From positions 32,001 through 96,000 of the forward strand of contig JAZJZE010000005.1 of NCBI GenBank assembly GCA_040390065.1: 64,000 nt of DNA. Direction: 5' to 3'. This DNA comes from a bacterium. Lineage in GTDB: Archaea > Thermoplasmatota > E2 > JACPAO01 > JAHFTW01. The position numbers were made by a program, and so were the translations under genes. A model generated the notes under the pieces. That model was not told where the DNA came from, did not search any database, and was given only the letters and a program-made list of their open reading frames with translations. Below are positions 18,768 to 29,081 of this stretch, piece after piece (the stretch's first letter is position 1; each line of letters opens with the position of its first letter).

Positions 18768-19796
18768 TTGCGCGACCTTCTGGCATTGCGGGCCATCTGC
18801 TCCGCCCCGGGCAAGGTCATCCTCTTCGGCGAGCACGCGGTGGTGTACGGCCATCCCGCCCTGGCGGCGGCCACGGACCAACGCACGGTCGTCGAGGTCG
18901 ACTGCTGCGGCGACCGCTTCACGGTCAACGGCTACCGCATCCATGACCGCTACCACTCGTACCTCGTCACGGCGGTCGAGCGCGTGTGGAAGCGCGCCGA
19001 GCCGATCCGCATCCAGACCGAAGGGGGGGTGCCGTCGGCGTCGGGCACCGGATCGTCTGCGGCGTTGACCGTGGCGACCGTCGGCGCATTGCACCAGCTG
19101 CAGGACCGCCGTGAACTCGCCGCGCTTGCCCAGGACGCCTTCGAGGTCGAACGGGCGACCCAGGGCGGGGGTTCGCCCACGGACACGAGCATCGTCACGG
19201 CGGGCGGCGGCATCGCGATCGCCGGCATGGCGGACCCGCCCAAGGTCGGCGAGCATCTGTGGGACGTGCATTGGCGCGAGCCGGGCCAGGAACGCAGTTG
19301 GACTGTGGAGCGCATCGATATCCCAGAACTGACCGTCGTGATCGGCAACTCAGGCGTGAAGGGCCGCACCGATGAACAGGTGGCGAAAGTCGCCATGGCG
19401 GCGAAGAAGAGCGCCGTCGTGCGCGACTCGCTGGCAGAGATCGGGCGCCTGACGCGTGAAGCCGTGCCGGCGCTGCGGCGGCGTGACTGGGTGGCCATCG
19501 GCGGCCTTCTCGACAAGGCCCACTCGGCCATGCACACGCTCGGCGTCAACCATCCGGCCGTCGAGGGCCTGGTGCAGGCCGCCCGCGCAACGCCGGGCAC
19601 GTTCGGGGCCAAACTCACGGGCGCAGGCGGTGGCGGCAGCATGTTCGCCCTCACGGAACGGCCGGAGGCGGTCGCCAAGGCCATCGCGGCAAAAGGTGGG
19701 ACGCCCTTCATCGTCCGCCTTGGTGGCCCGGGTGTGCAGTGGGAGGAGCCCGCCAAGGCCCTGGAGCCTCCTGGCGCCCCTGAAGGGGCCGTTTAA
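18768..19796 (+). CDS. mvk: Mevalonate kinase (GHMP family); start TTG 18768 or 18786
   Basis: SAPGKVILFGEHAVVYG, PSASGTGSSAA, SPTDT, GAKLTGAGGGG; close to ipk/fni/idsA. Confidence 0.85.
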   Translation: MRDLLALRAICSAPGKVILFGEHAVVYGHPALAAATDQRTVVEVDCCGDRFTVNGYRIHDRYHSYLVTAVERVWKRAEPIRIQTEGGVPSASGTGSSAALTVATVGALHQLQDRRELAALAQDAFEVERATQGGGSPTDTSIVTAGGGIAIAGMADPPKVGEHLWDVHWREPGQERSWTVERIDIPELTVVIGNSGVKGRTDEQVAKVAMAAKKSAVVRDSLAEIGRLTREAVPALRRRDWVAIGGLLDKAHSAMHTLGVNHPAVEGLVQAARATPGTFGAKLTGAGGGGSMFALTERPEAVAKAIAAKGGTPFIVRLGGPGVQWEEPAKALEPPGAPEGAV

Positions 19797-19841
19797 CCTT
19801 TGCCCGTCGGCCAGATAAGCCCCACCGGGGGAGCATGGCGC

Positions 19842-20339
19842 ATGGGTCGACTTCCTCTCCTGTTCAGCGTGATGGGCGTGGCGGTGGCCCTTTCCGGCTG
19901 CTCCGGCGGCTCCTCGACGACCGGCGCCCCCGGCTTCGGCTCCTCGTCGCCCGCCAACGGCAATGGCACGATTCTCCAAACCCTGACACAGACGGGCGCC
20001 GACGGCGTCGTCTCCATCGTCACGCAGACCGTGACATCCGCCGTGCCGCCCAGCAGCCAACCCGCATCGAACCCTGTCGGCGCTTCCTCGGCGCCCACGC
20101 ACTCGGCCAGCAACACGCAAGCGAATCCCCCCACGACGTCACCGTCCGCCTCGCAGGCCACATCCACCTCGACCGCGGCCTCGTCGTCCACGGCAAGCGC
20201 GACCAGCAGTTCCACCACGTCGACGTCGGGCACGACGAGCAGTTCGACCACCTCCACATCGACGACGAGCGGCCTTCCCACGGTACCGGTCACGCCGCCG
20301 ACGGTGCCGATTACGCCGCCGATCACGCCACCCATCTGA
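19842..20339 (+). CDS. Ser/Thr-rich low-complexity lipoprotein
   Basis: LSGC lipobox followed almost entirely by S/T/P-rich sequence ending in PVTPP/PITPP. Confidence 0.7.
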   Translation: MGRLPLLFSVMGVAVALSGCSGGSSTTGAPGFGSSSPANGNGTILQTLTQTGADGVVSIVTQTVTSAVPPSSQPASNPVGASSAPTHSASNTQANPPTTSPSASQATSTSTAASSSTASATSSSTTSTSGTTSSSTTSTSTTSGLPTVPVTPPTVPITPPITPPI

Positions 20340-20380
20340 GCGCCGAAAGCCACAAAGCGAGCCAAGGCCTCCCCACCGTG

Positions 20381-21160
20381 ATGGCCCGCCCCGTGCTCCT
20401 CAAGCTCGGCGGCTCGATCCTGACCGACAAGCAGGCCGAACGCTCCTTCCGACGCGGCGTCGCAAGCCGCCTATGCCAGGAAATCGCCAAGGCCAAGGTG
20501 CCCACGGTCGTGCTGCACGGCGCTGGCTCGTTCGGCCACCCGATCGTTGCCCGCAGCGGCATCGGCACGGGCAGCCTGGATGCGGGGAAAGCCGCCTGCG
20601 TGGGGGAAACCTTCGCCGGCCTGGCCGAGCTGGAAGGCCGCCTGCTCACCGCCGCCTCCGCCGCCGGCCTGCGCCCGGTCCCGCTGCCGCTGCATCTCGG
20701 CGTGCGCTATGACGCACAAGGTAACCTGTCCGAATTGCCCGCTGGCGAGATCACGGATCTCCTGGCCGACGGATGGACCCCAATCCTGCACGGGACATTG
20801 GTGCGGCACCCGCGCGTCGGCTGGCAAGTCCTTGGGGCAGACCGGCTGATGGCGGAACTTGCTCCGATGCTGCAGCCCCGCCTTGCCCTCTTTGCCAGCG
20901 ACGTCGACGGCGTCTACTCGGCGGACCCCAAGAGCAACCCTGCAGCCACGCTCCTGCCTCAGGTGTCCCGCCACCTGGCCGGCGCGGGCTCCTCGGAGGG
21001 CACCGGATGGGACGTGACGGGGCGCATGGAAGGCAAGCTGGCGCACGCCCTTGCCGTGGCAGAGCACTGCCCGACTCTCATCGTCAACGGCCTGGTGCGT
21101 GGCCGTGTGCTCGACGCCCTGCGGGGAAAACCTGTCACCGGCACCCGCATCACGCGCTAG
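20381..21160 (+). CDS. ipk: Isopentenyl phosphate kinase (amino acid kinase family)
   Basis: LKLGGSILTDK, LHGAGSFGH, SDVDGVY, DVTGRMEGKL. Confidence 0.9.
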   Translation: MARPVLLKLGGSILTDKQAERSFRRGVASRLCQEIAKAKVPTVVLHGAGSFGHPIVARSGIGTGSLDAGKAACVGETFAGLAELEGRLLTAASAAGLRPVPLPLHLGVRYDAQGNLSELPAGEITDLLADGWTPILHGTLVRHPRVGWQVLGADRLMAELAPMLQPRLALFASDVDGVYSADPKSNPAATLLPQVSRHLAGAGSSEGTGWDVTGRMEGKLAHALAVAEHCPTLIVNGLVRGRVLDALRGKPVTGTRITR

Positions 21161-21239
21161 GCCCTTCCCTGTTGCGCGCCCCCGTCGGCCAGACCAACGG
21201 TTTCAAAGACCCCCACCCTGCGGGGGCCGAGGACATCGC

Positions 21240-21524
21240 ATGCCTACACTCCCCAACGTCACGCCGCACCACCAGAAGATCTACAACTTCCTCTTCGAGG
21301 GCGGCTACACGAACGAGAACAAATTGCAGGACGCGGACAAGATCGCGCTCGGCGTCAAGCTTTCCAAGGGCGTCGTGGCCAACCTCCTCCTGGACCTGGA
21401 GAAGAAGGGCTTCGTGAAGCGCGTTGCCCGTGGCAAGGCGGCCGGCTACTTCATCACGAGCATCCCCGAGGAGCAGCCCAAAACGAAGGGCGAAGGCGAG
21501 TTCTCCGCCGAGGACATCTTCTAG
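21240..21524 (+). CDS. Small winged-helix DNA-binding protein
   Basis: ADKIALGVKLSKGVVANLLLDLEKKGFVKRV wHTH pattern; strong host codon bias. Confidence 0.75.
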   Translation: MPTLPNVTPHHQKIYNFLFEGGYTNENKLQDADKIALGVKLSKGVVANLLLDLEKKGFVKRVARGKAAGYFITSIPEEQPKTKGEGEFSAEDIF

Positions 21525-21562
21525 CCCGAACCTACTTCAGCCTCGGCGGCGGTGCGTCCGGC

Positions 21563-23014
21563 GTGGTGAGGCAAAGGGTGGCGCGCGCAGCAGCCGCGGC
21601 TGGCCTCCTCGTCCTCGTCACCGTCCTTGCCGGCTGCAGCGGTGGGCCTGGGCCTGCTGATGCCGGCGGCCTGCCCGAGGGCGGCCTCGGCGGCGGGCCC
21701 ATGGATGCCGCCGTCCTCGACAGCCGCGAACAGCGCGGACCTCTCACACGCATCTGGGTGGGCCGCGACCTCGGATGCCAGGTCGAGCGGACGGGCGACT
21801 CGTTCTACCAGTTCTTCCCGCCGCGCGCCGCGCCGGCGGATTGTGGCACCTTCCTTCTCGTGGCGGGGACGCTCTACGCCCCCGATTTCGAGGGCCATTC
21901 CGGAACGGCCACGAGTCGCTTGCGGGACCACACCCCCTTCACGCCCATCAACCAGACGGCCGTGACGGGTGACGGGCTCGTCGCCTCGCCCTTCCAGGTC
22001 GTCACCACCGTCGCCGTCGGGGACACTGGAGTACGCATCGTCGAGACCGACAGCTACGTCCCGGGCGATGACTTCTATTCCACGTCCGTCGAGGTGCGAA
22101 ACGAAGGGTCCGCGGGGTACGGCAGCGTCAGCATGTTCCGCGCCGGCGACTGCTATCTCGGCGACTCCGACGTCGGCTATGGCTTCACGGAAGTCGCCGT
22201 GCCAGACTCCATCGGTTGCAGCAAGAACCCGAACAACGAGCCGTCCGGACGCATCGAGGAATGGCTGCCCGACACGCCGCCAAGCAGCCATTACGAGGCC
22301 GCCTACCACGATGTGTGGGCGGCCATCGGTCGCAACGGCACGCTGCCTGGCACGTGCGACTGCACGCGGGCGCACGACAACGGCGCAGCCCTCGTGTGGG
22401 ACTTCCCGCTACCGTCCGGGGCGGTCGTGACGCAGGGCCATCGCCTACGCTTCAGCCCCTTTGCCGTCACCGGACCGAGCCGTCGGCCGCCCGACGTCGA
22501 TCCAGTGCAGCCACCCTGCCAGGCCCTCGACTTCGAGGCACCCGGAAAGGCCGTCCTGCCGCGTTCGCATGCGTACGATCTTCCAGGCGTCGGCCACAAC
22601 TGGACCGTGCGGGACGGTGCCGTGGACCTCTACCTGCCGGGAGACGTGGATTTCCCGGCGGACTTCCGCAATGCCACGACCCTCGCCTTCGTCGACCTCG
22701 CAGCGACCCTCGAGACGGCCGGGACGCTCACGACCAACATCACCTTCCCAGCGGGCACGTCATCGTTGTCGTTCACCATGGCCGGCAACCACCGGCGCGA
22801 GGGCCGTGACTCAGTCGAAGTGGTGTTCGGAGGCCTCGTGTGGCAAGTGGATCTCGATTGGGATGCGCCGTGGGGCGTCCAGGAGTTCCCGTTCAACAAC
22901 ACGCTCGCGGGGCCGGAACGCCGCGACATCTCGTTCCACTGGCTGGGTTCGGGCCGCGAAGGGCCGGTCCTTTCCAGCATCCTGGTCTGCACGCAGCCGC
23001 TGCCAAACCGCTAG
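21563..23014 (+). CDS. Secreted lipoprotein with two beta-rich domains (C-terminal DUF642-like jelly-roll)
   Basis: LAGC lipobox; WTVRDGAVDL...LSFTMAGN...GPVL in the C-terminal domain. Confidence 0.7.
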   Translation: MVRQRVARAAAAAGLLVLVTVLAGCSGGPGPADAGGLPEGGLGGGPMDAAVLDSREQRGPLTRIWVGRDLGCQVERTGDSFYQFFPPRAAPADCGTFLLVAGTLYAPDFEGHSGTATSRLRDHTPFTPINQTAVTGDGLVASPFQVVTTVAVGDTGVRIVETDSYVPGDDFYSTSVEVRNEGSAGYGSVSMFRAGDCYLGDSDVGYGFTEVAVPDSIGCSKNPNNEPSGRIEEWLPDTPPSSHYEAAYHDVWAAIGRNGTLPGTCDCTRAHDNGAALVWDFPLPSGAVVTQGHRLRFSPFAVTGPSRRPPDVDPVQPPCQALDFEAPGKAVLPRSHAYDLPGVGHNWTVRDGAVDLYLPGDVDFPADFRNATTLAFVDLAATLETAGTLTTNITFPAGTSSLSFTMAGNHRREGRDSVEVVFGGLVWQVDLDWDAPWGVQEFPFNNTLAGPERRDISFHWLGSGREGPVLSSILVCTQPLPNR

Positions 23015-23153
23015 CGGCGCCAGGCAATCCATCAGCCGGGCCACGATGCGCCGCCATGGTGCTGCGGATTTGCAGGGATTTGACATTCGGCAGATAGGGA
23101 CTGTCGGACAATCCTCAACTACCCGGGAAAACGCTCCCAATGCGGTCCGTCGC

Positions 23154-24995
23154 ATGCAAGGCCCTCCTCCTCCAGTGTCATCGCTGACCCGCCGTGCCGC
23201 GTGCTGGGCGGCCGCCGGGTTGACCGTCCTTACCGCGTTGGCCCCGCTCGCCGACGGCGCAGGCGCAACCATTTCCGACGGCACGATCGGTCTCGGCGTC
23301 GTCGACAAGGGCGACCTGAAGTACAACGGCGCAGTCTCCTCGAACTGCCACAATTTCTACTACACGATGCGCCTCCTCAGCACGAACCAGGAAGCGCTCG
23401 ACTGCGACGTCGAGGGTGAAGGTTGGGGCCTCGGGTACGACATGGGCGCCGCCCCGAGTCCAGCAAGCGGAGGCACGCGCTGCTGGGCATCGACGGGCTC
23501 CGCCTCCGGCGCCGATTCGTCGCCACCTCCCGCCGTCGTCTCGTTCACGTCCACGCCCACCACCGCCACGTCAATCATCACTTGCGGCTCGGTCCGCATG
23601 ACACAGAAGTACGAACCCGTTGCCAGCCATCCGGAGTTGTACAAGGACAACATCACGGTGCAGAACATCGGGTCGGCGACGCTGACGCAGTTCCACTACC
23701 GGCGCGCCATGTCATGGGGCAGCCTCGACTTTTACGATGACTGGACCTACAACAACATCGGCGTCTTGCCGTTTGGCAGCCTGCCCCCGTCGGTCCTCTA
23801 CCGCACGGGATTGGCGCTCAGCTCGGCCAAACTCGACCCCACGCAGCCACCGGAATACCTCGTGCTGGGACCGCCAGGTAATCCCGAAGTCTACCACGTT
23901 GGCGAGGACCTGGGGATGGTCTGGGAATTCAACTTCGGTGACTTCCTGCCGGGCGCCAAGCAGCCATTCACGCTGTACTACGGCATCGCGGCGGACACGG
24001 CGTCCGCGATGCAGGCCCTCTCGGACGTCAACGCCCAGGTCTACAACCTCGCATACGTGCACTCTGCCCAGACGGAGCCCGACTACCATGGCCCAGTGGA
24101 GATCATGGCGTTTGGCGACCTGCCGGGAATTCCGCCACCGCCTCCTGTTCCGCCGCAAGCGAGCTTCAAGTGGACTCCGGAGTCGGGCGGCTGCGGGCCT
24201 CACCCGGTGCACTTCAAGGACGCCTCGGTCGCGGGCGACGCCCCTATCATCGCTTACCAATGGTCCTTCGGCGATGGTTCGACCAGCGGCGAGAAGGACC
24301 CGACGCACACCTACGCCGAGCCTGGAACATACGACGCCTCCGAAACGGTCACCGACGAGAACGGCAAGACGTCGACGTACACGCAGGCCGTCACGGCCAC
24401 GGCCGGCGAGCCTTGCCCCGCACCCACGGACCCGCAGGGCAACCCACAGGCGCCTCGCCCGCCGCACGATGGCGTAAGCGACGACGAGGCCGGCGCGGAC
24501 TCGGACGGCGACCACGTGGTGGACCGCATCGACGACTGCCCCACGGTCGCGAACGCCAACCAGAAGGACACCGACCTGGACGGCCACGGCGACGTCTGTG
24601 ACACGGACCTCGACGGCGACTCGTTCCTGAACGCGGCCGACAACTGCCCGCTCATCAACAACCGCGACCAGGATGACCTCGACGGCGACGGCGACGGCGA
24701 CGCGTGTGACACGGACGTGGACGGCGACACCGTCCCAGACGTCCTGGACAACTGCCCGCGATACCCCAACGCGGAACAGACCGACGCGAACCTCGATGGA
24801 CTCGGGGACGCTTGCGAAGTCGACGTCCAACCGGCGATGGCCCTGCACGAGGCACCGCGGTCGGCACCCGCAGGGGCAAGCGGAGTCTCAGCACCTGCCG
24901 CCTCCAAGTCCGGCGCCTGGCTCCCGTACGTCCTGCTGGGCGCGGCGGGCCTGGTCGCGGCCTTGGTGGTCGCCTTCCGCCGCCGCGCGGAATAA
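23154..24995 (+). CDS. Surface protein with PKD domain, thrombospondin type 3 repeats and C-terminal TM anchor
   Basis: YQWSFGDG...PTHTYAEPGTY (PKD); DxDGD...DNCP...NxDQxDxDxDGxGDAC repeats; TM followed by RRR. Confidence 0.85.
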   Translation: MQGPPPPVSSLTRRAACWAAAGLTVLTALAPLADGAGATISDGTIGLGVVDKGDLKYNGAVSSNCHNFYYTMRLLSTNQEALDCDVEGEGWGLGYDMGAAPSPASGGTRCWASTGSASGADSSPPPAVVSFTSTPTTATSIITCGSVRMTQKYEPVASHPELYKDNITVQNIGSATLTQFHYRRAMSWGSLDFYDDWTYNNIGVLPFGSLPPSVLYRTGLALSSAKLDPTQPPEYLVLGPPGNPEVYHVGEDLGMVWEFNFGDFLPGAKQPFTLYYGIAADTASAMQALSDVNAQVYNLAYVHSAQTEPDYHGPVEIMAFGDLPGIPPPPPVPPQASFKWTPESGGCGPHPVHFKDASVAGDAPIIAYQWSFGDGSTSGEKDPTHTYAEPGTYDASETVTDENGKTSTYTQAVTATAGEPCPAPTDPQGNPQAPRPPHDGVSDDEAGADSDGDHVVDRIDDCPTVANANQKDTDLDGHGDVCDTDLDGDSFLNAADNCPLINNRDQDDLDGDGDGDACDTDVDGDTVPDVLDNCPRYPNAEQTDANLDGLGDACEVDVQPAMALHEAPRSAPAGASGVSAPAASKSGAWLPYVLLGAAGLVAALVVAFRRRAE

Positions 24996-25014
24996 GCTCT
25001 AAGCCAGCCACGAC

Positions 25015-26097
25015 GTGCCACGCGGCGTGGCCAAGGCCCAGAAGCGGACGGCAAAGGACAAGGCCGCAGCGCTGGAGACCGAACGGCGCAAGGAAGAGCA
25101 CCTGCGCATCCCCTTGGAGCGCGACGTGCAGTCCATGGCCAACCCGTGGGATGCCATCCGCCTGCCGCACAACGCGGTGCCCGAAATGGACAAGGCCGAC
25201 GTGCGCCTGGGGACGACGTTCCTCGGGCATCGGCTCGCGGCACCGATCCTGGTCACCGGCATGACGGGCGGCGCCCGCAAGGCCAAGGAATTCAACGACC
25301 GCCTGGCTGCAGCCGCCGCTGCGCACGGCCTTGCCATGGGTGTCGGCTCGCAGCGTGCCGCCATCGAGAATCCGGCCCTGGCGGATACGTATTCGGTGAT
25401 CCTCGACCACAAGGTCCCGATGCGCCTTGCCAACCTCGGCCTGCCTCAGCTCATCCTTTGGGGGGAAGACGCAGTCGGCAACGCGGAGAAGGCGGTCGCC
25501 ATGGTCGAGGCGCACGCCCTGTGCATCCACCTCAACTTCTTGCAGGAAGCCGTGCAACCGGAAGGCGACACGGGCGCCCGCGGCGGGCTTGCCGCCATCG
25601 CCCGGCTCTCGAAGGGCCTCAAGGTCCCTGTCATCGTGAAGGAAACGGGGGCGGGCATGACTGGAGCTACGGCGGCGCGCCTTGCCAAAGCCGGCGCGTC
25701 CGCGATTGACGTCGGCGGGCTCGGGGGCACGAGTTTCAGCGCCGTGGAGCATTGGCGTGCCGTCGACCAAGGCGACGCCGTCAAGGCCCGCCTCGGCAAG
25801 ACGTTCTGGGATTGGGGCGTGCCCACGCCGGAGGCAATCCGCCAGGCGCGAGCGGCCCTCCCCAAGATGCCCCTCATCGCCACCGGGGGCCTGCGAAACG
25901 GCCTCGACGCCTTGCGCGCACTGTGGCTCGGCGCGGACCTCGCGGGGTACGCGGGGCACCTCTTCCGGGCCGCTGCAACGGGGCCGGATGGAGCGACGCG
26001 CGAGGTCGCCCTTTTATTGGAAGAGTTGAAAACAGGCATGTTCCTGCTCGGTTTGCAAGACCCGGCCGCGGTGCGCGTGGCCGGAGGACCGTCATGA
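25015..26097 (+). CDS. fni: Type 2 isopentenyl-diphosphate isomerase (FMN-dependent)
   Basis: RKEEHL, GMTGG, GVGSQRAA, HLNFLQEAVQPEGD, VKETG, GGTSF, WGVPT. Confidence 0.95.
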   Translation: MPRGVAKAQKRTAKDKAAALETERRKEEHLRIPLERDVQSMANPWDAIRLPHNAVPEMDKADVRLGTTFLGHRLAAPILVTGMTGGARKAKEFNDRLAAAAAAHGLAMGVGSQRAAIENPALADTYSVILDHKVPMRLANLGLPQLILWGEDAVGNAEKAVAMVEAHALCIHLNFLQEAVQPEGDTGARGGLAAIARLSKGLKVPVIVKETGAGMTGATAARLAKAGASAIDVGGLGGTSFSAVEHWRAVDQGDAVKARLGKTFWDWGVPTPEAIRQARAALPKMPLIATGGLRNGLDALRALWLGADLAGYAGHLFRAAATGPDGATREVALLLEELKTGMFLLGLQDPAAVRVAGGPS

Positions 26098-27086
26098 ACC
26101 TCGAAGCCGCGCTCCGTCCCTATCTCGACCAGTTCAACGATGAGCTGGGCAAATACCTCGTCAAGCGTGACCTCAAGCCCGAGGAACTCTACAACGCCAT
26201 CCGCCACTTGCCCATCACGGGCGGCGGCAAGCGTTTGCGGCCCATCGTCGCCATCCTGTCCGCCCAGGCGGTCGGCGGCGACTCGAAGAAGGTCATGCCG
26301 TACGGCGTCGCCCTCGAGATCCTGCACTCCTTCACCCTCATCCACGACGACATCATGGACGAATGCGACACGCGGCGCGGCATCCCGGCGGTGCACGCAA
26401 AGTGGGGAGTCCCGATGGGCATCCTCTCCGGCGACACGATGTTCGCCATGATCTTCGAGATCCTCAACCAGGTCGAGATGGACGACAAGATGTACCGCTC
26501 CATCACGCAGGACGTGGCGAAGCTTGCCCGGGAAGTCTGCGAGGGGCAGTACTGGGACATGTTCTTCGAGGAGCAGAAGAAGGTCGAGGAACTGCAGTAC
26601 TACCACATGATCGAGCGCAAGACGGCGACGTTCTTCGAGATCGCCATGAAGAACGGCGCCGAGCTCGGCGGCGGCGAGCCGCAGCAGGTCAAGAAGCTGG
26701 CCGAATGCGGTCGCCTCATGGGGCTTGCATTCCAGGTGTGGGACGACTACCTCGGCGTCACGGGCAAGGCGGAAGAGACCGGCAAGCCGGCGCGCAGCGA
26801 CATCCTGCAGGGCAAGAAGACGCTCGTCTATGTCTCCACGCACGCCAAACTCGACCCATTCGACCGCCGCCAATTCGTCGACCTGTACAAGATCGAGAAG
26901 AAGTCCGAGGCGGACGTCGAGGCCATCCTGAAGTTCATGGAGAAATCGGGCGGCCTCGAATACACGCGGAACCGCGCCCGCGAATTCTCGTCGTTCGCCA
27001 AGGCGACGTTGGCGGAACTGCCGGAAACGGCGGCGAAGCGTCTTCTGCTGATTCTCAGCGACTTCGCGAGCAACCGGTCCAAGTGA
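26094..27086 (+). CDS. idsA: Polyprenyl (geranylgeranyl) diphosphate synthase
   Basis: GGKRLRP, LIHDDIMD...RRG, GQYWD, KTA, FQVWDD, GKKT; ATGA overlap with fni. Confidence 0.92.
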   Translation: MNLEAALRPYLDQFNDELGKYLVKRDLKPEELYNAIRHLPITGGGKRLRPIVAILSAQAVGGDSKKVMPYGVALEILHSFTLIHDDIMDECDTRRGIPAVHAKWGVPMGILSGDTMFAMIFEILNQVEMDDKMYRSITQDVAKLAREVCEGQYWDMFFEEQKKVEELQYYHMIERKTATFFEIAMKNGAELGGGEPQQVKKLAECGRLMGLAFQVWDDYLGVTGKAEETGKPARSDILQGKKTLVYVSTHAKLDPFDRRQFVDLYKIEKKSEADVEAILKFMEKSGGLEYTRNRAREFSSFAKATLAELPETAAKRLLLILSDFASNRSK

Positions 27087-27166
27087 CGGCGGCCGGTGCG
27101 TGGCCCGGAGCCTGCGTCGCCGTCAAGCGTGCACGGATGCGAGACCCTTCGTGCGTCTCGCCTGCG

Positions 27167-27571
27167 TCATTGCAATTCGTCGCCAATCACGTCCAACAGG
27201 TCCACGAAGGCCTGCGGCGTGAAGGGCGTGACCAGGACAGGGATGCCAGCCGGCGCCGCTTTCCGTCCGGCCGGCGCGTCGTGCGGTGCGGCCACGAGGA
27301 CGCACCGGATGTCCGGCCGGCGCTGGCGGGCCCAGCGCAGGAACTGCGCGCCTTGCACCTCGGGGATGTCGTGCTGGGCGACGACGACCTGCGCGGGCCA
27401 CGCGTCCAGGATGCGCATGGCCTCCTTGGTCTCGGTGGCGGTGGCGACGTCGAGCCCCTTGAACGCCATGGAGATGAAGGCCTCGAGGGCGGTCAGCAAG
27501 TCGAGGTCCGCGGCGACGACCAGGACGCGACGTGCATCCGTGTCGCCCGTTCCCGTTGTGCCGGCGGCCAT
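27167..27571 (-). CDS. Stand-alone degenerate receiver (CheY-like) domain
   Basis: RVLVV...VATA...EAMRIL...VVVAQHDIPEVQGAQFL...TPF matches the REC pattern but lacks catalytic residues. Confidence 0.7.
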   Translation of the reverse strand: MAAGTTGTGDTDARRVLVVAADLDLLTALEAFISMAFKGLDVATATETKEAMRILDAWPAQVVVAQHDIPEVQGAQFLRWARQRRPDIRCVLVAAPHDAPAGRKAAPAGIPVLVTPFTPQAFVDLLDVIGDELQ

Positions 27572-27717
27572 GGCGGCGCCCAAGCCCGACTGCGCACAAA
27601 AGGCGTCCACCCGTTGGTCGTGCGCCTTGTGTCTTGTGCAACGACTTGTGGCAAGATGCCGACACAACCGGTGCCCGCAAGCGCAAAGTCCTTTCATGGG
27701 GCACCGTTGGAGAACCC

Positions 27718-28068
27718 GTGGCAAAGGCCCCCCAAACGAGGTCCCAACCCGAGGGACGTGTCCGATCCGGGCGCGGTTTGCAGGTCCGCCGCGTGCAGGT
27801 GACGTTCACCGAGGCGCAGTGGGCCCTGATTGCCAGCCTACGCGGCGTCATGGGCGACAGCGACGCGACGGTCGTGCGCAACATGGTCATGGCCTGGCTC
27901 GCCGAGAAATCCCTCCTGACCACCGTGGCAAAGGAGCGCTTGGCCCGCTGGCCGCTCGAGCGCGTGCCGGAATCCTTCCAGGACTTGCCGATGGACAGCC
28001 CGCGGGAACGCGAATCCAAGGGTAAGGGCAGCCGGAGCTCGTCGGATCCGGAGCGCGCGACGCGTTAA
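27718..28068 (+). CDS. CopG/ribbon-helix-helix-like regulator
   Basis: RRVQVTFTEAQWALIASLRGVMGDSDATVVRNMVMAWLAEKS; start uncertain. Confidence 0.65.
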   Translation: MAKAPQTRSQPEGRVRSGRGLQVRRVQVTFTEAQWALIASLRGVMGDSDATVVRNMVMAWLAEKSLLTTVAKERLARWPLERVPESFQDLPMDSPRERESKGKGSRSSSDPERATR

Positions 28069-28203
28069 GCCCGCCGGCTCATCCAGCAGTGTGTGTCAGG
28101 CTGGAGGGTGAATCGCATGCACGGTTGGGTCGGTCTTGCCGGCGGGCAAATCCCCTGAAGCATCGGGTGGGGATGAGATGCGTCGGACAGGCCAACGTCT
28201 GTG

Positions 28204-28998
28204 CTATGCGAGGGGCCGCCAACGCCTTGACGCGAGTTTCGCGATCCACTCGTCGCCTTCCGGCCAACGCGGGTACTTCTTCTCGGCGCGGCGGAACTCG
28301 GGCGTGTGCACGCGGCGCTTCGTGCCGGAGCCCATACGAACGGGGTGGATGATGTGCAGGAGCTCGTGGTACAGGACGTAGTCGAGGACGAACTCGGGGA
28401 CGCGCGGGTCGTCGAGGACTTGGCTGATGACGACGGCCTGGTGGTCGGCGTCCCAGTGGCCGAAGCGGTTGCGGCTCACGGTCTGGCTCCAACTCAACTT
28501 GGGGATGGATGGGAGCACGAGACCCATGTCGAGGCTGACGCGCAGGTAGGATTCGAGGAGGCTGCGGTGGCGCCCGACGGGGTCGATGTGCTTGCGTCCG
28601 CGCCGGCGCGGTGCGTCATGCGGCCCGGCGGTGCCTTGCGACTCGAGGGCGTACTGCTTGTAGGCGCGCACCGCATCGCGGTTCACCCGGTCGGGCGGAA
28701 GCCGGAAGAGCTTGCCCAGGAGGACGCCGAAGACACCCTCCAGGACCGCGACGGGGGCACCATGCAGGCGGTCGGACAGCTTGAAGTGGACGTATGCGCC
28801 GCGGTCACGCACCGTCGACTTGCCGTCGGCGTAAGGGTAGAACGCTACGCGCACGGGGCGCACGCGTAGGCCCATCGTTGCCATGACACCCTCCGCGGCG
28901 ACGGCCGGGTCTGGGGCGGACGGCGCCGGCGGCCCTTCCTCGGCCTCGAGGCCGGCCAGAGGCCAGCTGCCCCGCAGTGCATCCACGGGCTCTGGCAC
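28204..28998 (-). CDS. YgjP/SprT-like zinc metallopeptidase domain protein
   Basis: VPEFVLDYVLYHELLH...HTPEF (HExxH plus distal His); start uncertain. Confidence 0.8.
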   Translation of the reverse strand: MPEPVDALRGSWPLAGLEAEEGPPAPSAPDPAVAAEGVMATMGLRVRPVRVAFYPYADGKSTVRDRGAYVHFKLSDRLHGAPVAVLEGVFGVLLGKLFRLPPDRVNRDAVRAYKQYALESQGTAGPHDAPRRRGRKHIDPVGRHRSLLESYLRVSLDMGLVLPSIPKLSWSQTVSRNRFGHWDADHQAVVISQVLDDPRVPEFVLDYVLYHELLHIIHPVRMGSGTKRRVHTPEFRRAEKKYPRWPEGDEWIAKLASRRWRPLA

Positions 28999-29081
28999 GT
29001 CATGGGCCTTTTCAAGAGGCTCGGAATGTGCGCCGCGTGGCCCGCGCTGCCAACGCCTCCCCGGCAAAGCCTCCGGCGCGC

